From: an uncultured Pseudomonadota bacterium
Lineage (GTDB): Bacteria > Oederibacteriota > Muellerivitia > Muellerivitales > Muellerivitaceae
Direction: 5' to 3'
DNA: 64,000 nt
NCBI GenBank assembly: GCA_963770835.1
Contig: CAVYRH010000026.1
Location: 128,001 to 192,000, forward strand
Positions 47,897-55,517 of the stretch are shown here, in pieces. The stretch's first letter is position 1, and every line of letters starts with the position of its first letter. Under the pieces are notes generated by a model. It was not told the origin of the DNA, made no database searches, and was given only the letters and a program-made list of their open reading frames with translations. The translations under genes were made by a program, and so were the position numbers.

Positions 47897-48679
47897 CTAG
47901 TTCCCCTTCACCCACCGGTAAACCATGGTGACGGTCATTAAAAGCGTCAGGATCAGGATGATGGGCCGGTAGACAGCCTCCAGGGTTTCCCGCCTTATCC
48001 GGCTGACGAGCCAGGGGGCGCTCAAGCCCCCCAGGATCGACCCCGCCGCCAGGGGCAAAACCAGGCCCCATTGAACGTCCCCCAGGCGAAGGTGGGCCAG
48101 GAAACCCGCCGCCGAAATACCCACCAGCACGAAGACCGAGGTGCCGATGGTCTCGATGGCCGAACAGCCCAGCATGGTCAGTCCCACGAGCACCGGGGGC
48201 GTCCCCGAGATGCCCAGGATGCCCGAAAGTACCCCGCCGAAGGCCCCGTAAGCCGCCCCTTCCCAAAGCTCCGCTGTCCTGACCGGCGCGTTGACCGGGG
48301 CGGGCTTTTTCTTTTTGAAATACTTCAGGCCCAATTCGACCGACATGTAGATGAAGAGGGCGGTGAAAAGGGGCTTATAGAGGAAGGCCGGCAGTTTGGA
48401 GGAAAGCAGGCTGCCCGCCACCGCGCCGACGATCCCGCCCGCCGCCATGGGAAGCCCGAAGGCCAGCCGCAGGTTGCCGTTGCGCCAATGGCTCCAGCTT
48501 CCCGCCATGGTCGTGGGCAGCACCGTGGCCAAGGAGGAGGAGACCGCCACCGCGCCGGGCATGTTGAAGAAGGCCGTCAGACAGCCCGTGAAGAGGGCCC
48601 CACCGCCACCACCCAGGGAGTTAGTGAGGAAGCCGATGAAGAGGCCGGTGAGGGCAAGTCCAAGGTCGAGGTGGGACAT
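47897..48679 (-). CDS. TauE/SafE (TSUP) family membrane transporter
   Basis: GL.IG....LG.GGG, A..SSL, G.LSG.LGISG, IGTS; duplicated halves. Confidence 0.85.
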   Translation of the reverse strand: MSHLDLGLALTGLFIGFLTNSLGGGGGALFTGCLTAFFNMPGAVAVSSSLATVLPTTMAGSWSHWRNGNLRLAFGLPMAAGGIVGAVAGSLLSSKLPAFLYKPLFTALFIYMSVELGLKYFKKKKPAPVNAPVRTAELWEGAAYGAFGGVLSGILGISGTPPVLVGLTMLGCSAIETIGTSVFVLVGISAAGFLAHLRLGDVQWGLVLPLAAGSILGGLSAPWLVSRIRRETLEAVYRPIILILTLLMTVTMVYRWVKGN

Positions 48680-48739
48680 CAAGGTTCCTTATCTAGAGTT
48701 TCGTTAATTATCTTGTAACCTTGTACAACACTGATAGTT

Positions 48740-49303
48740 TTACTTCCTTTTTGACTTAGATGCCGTCTCGGCTTCTTGAAGTTCAAGAGCCTTTTTCACC
48801 CTATCGATAAGCACAATCGCATCGTTTGCATCTTCTTGAGCTGAGGACGGCGGACCTACAGAGCCATGAACAAGCTTCCCGCTCTCCTCAAAGAATAGAG
48901 CCTTTTCATGAATTAAATCATTACGCGAGTCTCTGAATCGCTTACATGCCGCTAAAAGTTCTTGATCTGTAATGCTCATCATTTCTAATTTTTTTTCATA
49001 AGTCATGCGATCAAAATCTTTCAAAAACTTCTCCGAACAATTTTCAAAACGTCTTAGTCCTTCGATGTAGAGAAGTGCATCTAAATAAACACCGGAAAAC
49101 GCAATTGCGATCAATGCATATTTAAAAGACTTCTGATCGGGATCCAACGTAGTAACATATCGGCCTTCTTGACCCGGCATTGGTTTACGCGCAGCCTCTA
49201 AAAGTTCTTTTGATTTTGCCTGTGAATCTTTTGCGATTTCTAAAAAAGTTTGAAGATTAGTGCTCATCCATTGTTTAGGTTGTTCTGGTTGGTTGTCTGT
49301 CAA
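48740..49303 (-). CDS. AT-rich hypothetical protein with HEPN-like Rx4H motif
   Basis: AAAGGA RBS plus TTG; all-helical; RNDLIH. Confidence 0.6.
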   Translation of the reverse strand: MTDNQPEQPKQWMSTNLQTFLEIAKDSQAKSKELLEAARKPMPGQEGRYVTTLDPDQKSFKYALIAIAFSGVYLDALLYIEGLRRFENCSEKFLKDFDRMTYEKKLEMMSITDQELLAACKRFRDSRNDLIHEKALFFEESGKLVHGSVGPPSSAQEDANDAIVLIDRVKKALELQEAETASKSKRK

Positions 49304-49438
49304 AATGTATTCCTTTCAAACCAAATGGGCCTAAGTTTTTTCTCATTGTACATCTCGGGATTTATCTCAAAACCACGTTTATAAAACACTTAAAAGCGTA
49401 ACTAATACATAGCAAAGACCAGATGTTAAAATGTCCGG

Positions 49439-49987
49439 ATGAATCCCTTCCCACCAGGTTATGACCCGCAAAAAGACAAAATCGAAATCGTCGATTACGA
49501 CCCCCGATGGCCGGAACGATTCGACCTCGAAAAAAGGGCGATACGGCATGCCTTGGGTTATTTCGCGGGACTTCGGATCGAGCATTTCGGAAGCACTTCC
49601 GTGCCGGGCCTTGCGGCCAAGCCCAGTTTGGACATCCTGGTGGGGGTTTCTTCGAAACAGGATTGGCCCAGGATGATCCAGCCCCTCGCGGTGTTGGGAT
49701 ATGTGCAAGTGCCGGGCGCCTTTGATGACGCGATCCGCTGGTTTTTCGTCAAAGGGTTGCCGCCCTACGGGGAAAAGCGCACCCATCACCTCCATGTTTG
49801 TGAATTGGAATCGGAAGAATGGAAGCGGGAATTGGCCTTCCGGGATTACCTGCGTGGCTATCCCATTGACGCCATGAAATATGAAGCCCTGAAGCGCGAA
49901 CTGGCCGCGAAATTCGCGACCGACCGGGAAGCCTATACCGAAGCCAAAAGCGAATTTATCAAGGAGATTTTGAAGAAGCGCACTTAA
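49439..49987 (+). CDS. GrpB (UPF0157) family protein
   Basis: YDPRWP..F, IEHFGSTSVPGLAAKP.LDI, THHLH, FRDYLR, Y..LK, YT.AK. Confidence 0.92.
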   Translation: MNPFPPGYDPQKDKIEIVDYDPRWPERFDLEKRAIRHALGYFAGLRIEHFGSTSVPGLAAKPSLDILVGVSSKQDWPRMIQPLAVLGYVQVPGAFDDAIRWFFVKGLPPYGEKRTHHLHVCELESEEWKRELAFRDYLRGYPIDAMKYEALKRELAAKFATDREAYTEAKSEFIKEILKKRT

Positions 49988-49995
49988 GCGGATAT

Positions 49996-52821
49996 CTAAG
50001 GGGTCGGCACCGGGGTTGGAGCTTCGTCCAACTGTTTTAAAAGACCGTTGTCTTCCAAATACTTTTTCCGGGCGGCAATGAAATCATCCACATTGTCCGG
50101 CGTGATGGTCCGCATGACGTCCCGGTTGATCCCCTTGACGTAATCGTCGCTGCTTAAAAGTCGGATGATCTGTTCCGGCGGGACCGTTTCCACTTTCTTG
50201 AAAAGATAAGTCCGGGGGTGGTCGTAAACCGAGAAGGTCTCCTCGGCCCAGTCGTCCGGGTGTTCCCATCCCAGCAGGCCGGGGAAATTATGGAACTCCG
50301 CCACCATTTTGTAGCCCAACAATCCGGACCAAAGCAGGCGGTAATAACGCGAGGTGACGGGATAATCATCGAAGCCGTTGGGCCTGAACTCGGGCGAGGC
50401 GTCTGTAAGTGTGTACCAAAGCTTCTTAGTGGCCAGGCTGATGTAATCGCATTTCTGGAGGATATCGGCGTAGTATTTTTGCTTCCGCTGGTCGGGAATA
50501 TCCTGTTCCTTGGGGGCCCCGAAATTGCGGTTCTCGTAAGGGGTGATTTCCTGGTGGCCGTATTCCGCCGGACTCCTGGGCCGGTCCATCCGTGAATCCT
50601 TGTTTGGATCGACGTTTACGGGCATGCCGTCGTCGAAGACATCCGACCCGATGACCGAACCCTTGGGAACATGCTGGAAAATCCAAACCGAATCGTCGAT
50701 CCAGGGGTGGGGATAAAAGTAAACGTGCATATAGGCGACGGAATAAAAAAGGCTGGCCCCCAGGACCACCGCCAGGACCGCCGGCTTGAGGAAGTTGATC
50801 CCGGAAAACCGGGGCTTCAGCCATTGGAAGAGGTCAGCCAAGAACCTGGCTCCGAAGAGGCAAAAGACGGGAATCAGCGGGGCCATGTAGCGGACGAATT
50901 TCGTGTTCCATGCGCCGATAAAACCGAAATAAGCGATGAACCACAAGAGCAGCAGGAGATCCGGCTGGGAGAAAGCGAAGCCCCGGCCCCGCGAAAAGGG
51001 AAGGGGCAAAAGGTAACCCCGTTTCACGGGGGTGAAGAGCTGGAACAAAAACCGACCCAGCACCCAAGCCGTTCCAGCCAAGACCAGGATTCCCAGCGGC
51101 CACCACAGTTCCACGGTCACTAGGTTTTGAAGCTGGTAAAGGTAGCGGGGCGTGTCCCTAAATTGCAGCGTGTAGGGGGCGTCGGCGATGGAAACCACGC
51201 TCCACTCATAATTCTGCCGCTCCAGGAAACCCCGGTAATCCAAAAGGTTCCAGGGGCTGAAGAGGAAAAAGATAAAGAAGGCCAGTCCGCCCGCGGCCAT
51301 TAGCTTGGTCCATTCGGGCATCTGAGCCCGGAAGACCCGGAATTCCCGGATTCCCCAGGCGAAGAAAACCGACCCCGCCGAACCCAACAACAGGAACAAG
51401 GCCACCCATAGGCCCGTGCCCAGGCCCGGGTTCCTCAAGAAGAGGTCGCGAAAGATGGGCTTGAATTGCCATCCCACCCCCCAAAAACACAAAAGGATCA
51501 CTCCCAAAAGCCCCCCGGCCATCGTGGAATAAAGCCCTTCGTCCTCCCTCAGCTTCCGCCCTTCCTTTTCCCATTCCTTGGGGGACTTCTGGGATAGCCG
51601 GAAAAGATGGGCGATCCCGATAATGAGCACGTAATAGAGGGCGCTGGTTTTCGCCGCCAAGGCGAAACCAAAAGCCGCCCCGGCCGCCAGGTAGTTTTTC
51701 CAGCCACCGTCCTTGATGATTCCCCCGGAAAAATAGGCGACAGCCACCAGCAGGAAGGTGATTACAGACTCGGTGATGGCGTAGTGGGCGTTCTCGATGC
51801 TGCCCACCGCGAAGGCGAAAGCGGCGGCGGCGACGAGAGCCATCCCGACGTCCTTGTAAATCCGCTTCACCAGGAAATAAAGCGCCGGGATGGTGGCCGC
51901 CGAAAAGAAGGCCGACCAGACGCGGCCGATGACCAGCATGTCGCCCTCCCCGTTGTAGGCCCCGCCATGGGGAAGGGAGGCGAAAAGAGTCCAAACCGCG
52001 GCCCCGGCCAGCGCCACCCGGCCCCACCTCGAAACCCAGGCCAGGCCGGCCGCCAGGATGGCGACCAGGAGGAAGAAAAACAGGGCGGAAAAAAGAACCG
52101 GCAGGTGGGAATCCTGCGGGAAGAAAGCGGGGACAATTCCGAAAAGAAATAGGGTTCCGACGGCGATGTAAAGCGGAAGGTCGAACCATTCGACCTCCAA
52201 CAGTCGCGCCAGCAGGGCCGAAATCCCCAGGGAGGTCACCGCCACCACGATAAAACCGGCGACCGGGAGGATGGGAAGGCTGAGGGGTAAATCCCGTCCG
52301 AGGAAATTGAGGTGAAGGTCCGCCCGTTGCCCTTCCAGCGCCCCAAACCAAAGGTTGAAAGCGCTTGAGAACCGGAGGAACAAGGCGATCCCAAACATAA
52401 AATATGACGCCACGAAAGCCGGGAACTTCCATTTTTCACGGGAGAAAAACCAGACCGTTCCAAACCACACGCCGACCAGGAAGAGCCAATAGGTCAGGTT
52501 CGCGGCGGTGGAATGGCCGTTGAAGAGGCCGGCCCAGAAGGTTGGGGGAGAAATTATTTCCCCCGTGGCTTTGGTCAGATAAACGGTCAACTGGCCATAG
52601 GCGAAGAAAGTCGTCTTGTAGCCGTTGGCCTGGTTTATTTCCCCGATCGCGCCCATGATGTTGCGTTCGTCGGGGTGGAACTGTTCCTGGAAGTCCCAGT
52701 CGGGATTTGTGAAACGGAAAAACCCGCCCAGGAGGGTTATCAACAGGAGCCAAAAGAGCGGGTCCTTGAGCCGGTCCGCCAGCGGAATTCGTTTTTTCTT
52801 AGCCATGTTGTTCAGGTCCAA
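49996..52821 (-). CDS. Large GT-C (GT39-like) membrane glycosyltransferase candidate
   Basis: FHPDER, FFAYG, GR..SA, LA.K, KFVRY..P, ETFSVYDHP; many TM helices; start may be 52806. Confidence 0.75.
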   Translation of the reverse strand: MDLNNMAKKKRIPLADRLKDPLFWLLLITLLGGFFRFTNPDWDFQEQFHPDERNIMGAIGEINQANGYKTTFFAYGQLTVYLTKATGEIISPPTFWAGLFNGHSTAANLTYWLFLVGVWFGTVWFFSREKWKFPAFVASYFMFGIALFLRFSSAFNLWFGALEGQRADLHLNFLGRDLPLSLPILPVAGFIVVAVTSLGISALLARLLEVEWFDLPLYIAVGTLFLFGIVPAFFPQDSHLPVLFSALFFFLLVAILAAGLAWVSRWGRVALAGAAVWTLFASLPHGGAYNGEGDMLVIGRVWSAFFSAATIPALYFLVKRIYKDVGMALVAAAAFAFAVGSIENAHYAITESVITFLLVAVAYFSGGIIKDGGWKNYLAAGAAFGFALAAKTSALYYVLIIGIAHLFRLSQKSPKEWEKEGRKLREDEGLYSTMAGGLLGVILLCFWGVGWQFKPIFRDLFLRNPGLGTGLWVALFLLLGSAGSVFFAWGIREFRVFRAQMPEWTKLMAAGGLAFFIFFLFSPWNLLDYRGFLERQNYEWSVVSIADAPYTLQFRDTPRYLYQLQNLVTVELWWPLGILVLAGTAWVLGRFLFQLFTPVKRGYLLPLPFSRGRGFAFSQPDLLLLLWFIAYFGFIGAWNTKFVRYMAPLIPVFCLFGARFLADLFQWLKPRFSGINFLKPAVLAVVLGASLFYSVAYMHVYFYPHPWIDDSVWIFQHVPKGSVIGSDVFDDGMPVNVDPNKDSRMDRPRSPAEYGHQEITPYENRNFGAPKEQDIPDQRKQKYYADILQKCDYISLATKKLWYTLTDASPEFRPNGFDDYPVTSRYYRLLWSGLLGYKMVAEFHNFPGLLGWEHPDDWAEETFSVYDHPRTYLFKKVETVPPEQIIRLLSSDDYVKGINRDVMRTITPDNVDDFIAARKKYLEDNGLLKQLDEAPTPVPTP

Positions 52822-52880
52822 TATGTTTTTTAATACAGTTTCTTCCGCGATAGTTTACAAAACGGCTGCGATGAAACCTC

Positions 52881-55298
52881 CTAGGAACTTCCGGAATGTT
52901 TGTGTTTGGAGGCGGAAGCGGGTGGGGAGGCGGCCGGGGGCAAAGGGTAATCGGCCGGGATATCCTGCCGGTTGGTTTCCGTAAAGCCGTACTTCTCCGC
53001 TAGGTCCTTCCTCACCCACAGTCGCATGTTGTAACTGCCCAAATCGGACCAGACCTGCCGGTACAAGAGCCAGTTTTTTAGGTCGCCCCAATCCACCATG
53101 TCGGGCCGGGCGGGGGAGAGGGGGATGAAATTACTGAAGAGCCAGGAGAAGAAGAGGCCGGCGTTGATGCCGGTATCGGGGTAGCCCTTCTTGAACCAGG
53201 AGGGAATCCACCAGATCCTTAGCTTGTACTTGCGGTTCACGTAGCCCGCCTGGCTGAGGACAGGGTAGTCCTGGGCATCGTCCTCGGTGCCGGTCAAGAT
53301 GATGGGATTGTCCGCCGCAGTGATGCTTTGGGGGGCATTCTGTTTGGGGAAATCCCGGAAATACCAGGCATAAGGCCAGGAACATTTGTCCTCGATGGTC
53401 AGGGCCAGGCCGGTGTTCATGGCGCTTTCCGCTGCCGACACCGGGGGAGGCGCCTCTGGGTTGGGGCCACCTGTCTCGCCATAAGAAATCTCCTGCACGA
53501 TGTGCTCCACTTCCTTTTCCTCCGGGCTGGTTTGAACGTAAACCAGGGGTTCCACCGGGTTGGCCTCGTGGTAGAAGCACAGCAGAACGGTCGAATGCAG
53601 GGAGTAGGAAAGCAGGAGGCCGAAAAACAACATGGCCGCGATGCGGGCGGACTTTCCCCATTGGCTTACCGGGTGGGATTCCAAGATCTCGCCCATGAAA
53701 AAGGCGGACAACAGGAGCGCAGGCAGGAGAGGATGGAGGATCAGCCAGGGCATTTTCTCCCCTGCCCAGGAAAAAAGGGCCAGGGACCCCACATACCAAT
53801 AGGCCAGGAAGAGGGGAAGATTCTTACGTTTGAAGAGGCCGTAATAAGCCATGGCCGCCAGGGAGAAAAGGAAGGACAGCATCTCATTGGCCGGCAATTG
53901 GAGCAGATAGTAATACCAAGGCTCGCCACCGCGGGCTTCCTTGTGCTGGCCCCACCAGTACTGCAAGCCGCCGAAGGCGCCCATGTAAAGGGCGTGGAAG
54001 AGGCCGTAGAGGCGTGAGGCGAAATCGGGCTGGTCGGAGCCCACGGTGAAGAAGGTCGTAAAGAGCAGGGTGAAGACGATGCTACAGACGGCCAGGCTTC
54101 CGGTGAGGGCGGGCGCGGTGTTTTGGAGCCACAACCAAAAAAAGCGGAAGAGGATCCCCAGGTAGGCCGCCACCATGAGAAAGGAAACAAAGCCGGGAAG
54201 GTTGATCCCCAGGTAGGGGAAGATACCGGCAAATAACAAAGTGAGCGCCCACCAGCCGACAAAGGCGGACAGATCCCAACCGATTTTTTCAAAGCCTAGG
54301 TTGAGGATCACGTCCCAGAGGGGGCTTTCGGCCCGGCCCTTTTTCCGGTTCGCCTGCCAGCGGGTGAAGAGCTGGAAAAGAGTGTAAAGAAAGGCCGAAC
54401 CCAGGAGCAAAAGGAAGACCGGCATTTGGGCCGGGTTGTTTTCCCCCATGATCATCCGAGCCAACACCCCGAGTCCGGTGAGCCCTGCCGCGATAAAGAC
54501 GTCCGCCCATGGCAGGAGACGGATGAAGAAATACGTGCCGATGACCGCCACGGTCAGGAAAATGCCCTCAAAGGTGCAAAAGGCGATGGTGAAACCCAGG
54601 GAGGCCAGCCAGAGGTCGGGAAGCCTCCGGAAGCGGTAAAAGCGAAATAGGAATACCACCATAAGGAAGATGCCCCCGGCGTAATAGGCGTCCTCCCGGC
54701 AAAAGCGGTCGAAATACATGAAACTGGGGGAAGCGACGATCATCGCCGTGGCCAGGAAGGCGCCCCACCGCCCCAGGAAAGGCACCAAGAGCATGGCGAG
54801 GATTACCGTCAATAGGCCGAAGGTGGCCGCCAGGTACCGGGAGGTGGCGTCGGAAACCCCGAAAAGATAGAACATGAAGGCGTTGCCGTGGAACTGGAAG
54901 GGCCCGTGCATCATGGGGTCGTATTTATAGGTTCCATCATGGAAGAGCCTGTAGGAATAGAGGGAGTGCATGCTTTCGTCGTGGTGGTGGGGCTTATCCC
55001 CCAAATGGTCGAAGCGGGTGTAAACCGTGATGAGGAGCAGGATGGCGTAGGCGATATGCATCCAGGAAATGGAAAAGGACGACCGGGAGGGGGAGGAGGC
55101 GCTGGAAGCAGGCTCTTCCCCCACTCCCTTCAAGACGGGCGCGGCCGCGGCCTTCACTGGTAGGACCGGGGCGGCCGCCTTTCCCGCGGCCTTGTCCGGT
55201 TGGCCTGTGGCCGGCAGCTTGGACCCGCATTGTTCGCAAAAACTATTCGTGACCGGGTTTTTCAGCCCGCACTTCCCGCATAACTTGGTATCCGCCAT
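52881..55298 (-). CDS. TIGR03663-like GT-C membrane protein with N-terminal double zinc ribbon
   Basis: CGKCG..N.....FCEQCG; HHDESMH, YKYDPMMHGP, RF.RED, GEKMPWL, LVYVQT. Confidence 0.8.
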   Translation of the reverse strand: MADTKLCGKCGLKNPVTNSFCEQCGSKLPATGQPDKAAGKAAAPVLPVKAAAAPVLKGVGEEPASSASSPSRSSFSISWMHIAYAILLLITVYTRFDHLGDKPHHHDESMHSLYSYRLFHDGTYKYDPMMHGPFQFHGNAFMFYLFGVSDATSRYLAATFGLLTVILAMLLVPFLGRWGAFLATAMIVASPSFMYFDRFCREDAYYAGGIFLMVVFLFRFYRFRRLPDLWLASLGFTIAFCTFEGIFLTVAVIGTYFFIRLLPWADVFIAAGLTGLGVLARMIMGENNPAQMPVFLLLLGSAFLYTLFQLFTRWQANRKKGRAESPLWDVILNLGFEKIGWDLSAFVGWWALTLLFAGIFPYLGINLPGFVSFLMVAAYLGILFRFFWLWLQNTAPALTGSLAVCSIVFTLLFTTFFTVGSDQPDFASRLYGLFHALYMGAFGGLQYWWGQHKEARGGEPWYYYLLQLPANEMLSFLFSLAAMAYYGLFKRKNLPLFLAYWYVGSLALFSWAGEKMPWLILHPLLPALLLSAFFMGEILESHPVSQWGKSARIAAMLFFGLLLSYSLHSTVLLCFYHEANPVEPLVYVQTSPEEKEVEHIVQEISYGETGGPNPEAPPPVSAAESAMNTGLALTIEDKCSWPYAWYFRDFPKQNAPQSITAADNPIILTGTEDDAQDYPVLSQAGYVNRKYKLRIWWIPSWFKKGYPDTGINAGLFFSWLFSNFIPLSPARPDMVDWGDLKNWLLYRQVWSDLGSYNMRLWVRKDLAEKYGFTETNRQDIPADYPLPPAASPPASASKHKHSGSS

Positions 55299-55517
55299 TG
55301 GAAGCTCCTCCGAATAATTGGGTTTCAGCTGATAGCCACCACGCCTTTATCGCCCAACTATAACCAACTGGAGCAAAGAAGAAGAATCTACTGGAACCGG
55401 ATCGACGGAATCCCTTACCCGTTGGGAGGAATCGGGCCTCGGAATCCCAGGCTCGCCACGCCTCCTAGGAAGTTCAGGAACTGGTCGAATGCCCTTGGGG
55501 TTTTCATAAAGTTTTTC

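Noticed and set aside
48740..49987. HEPN-nucleotidyltransferase toxin-antitoxin pair
   Set aside because: The genes are divergent, differ in composition, and GrpB is not the MNT family; adjacency is probably incidental.
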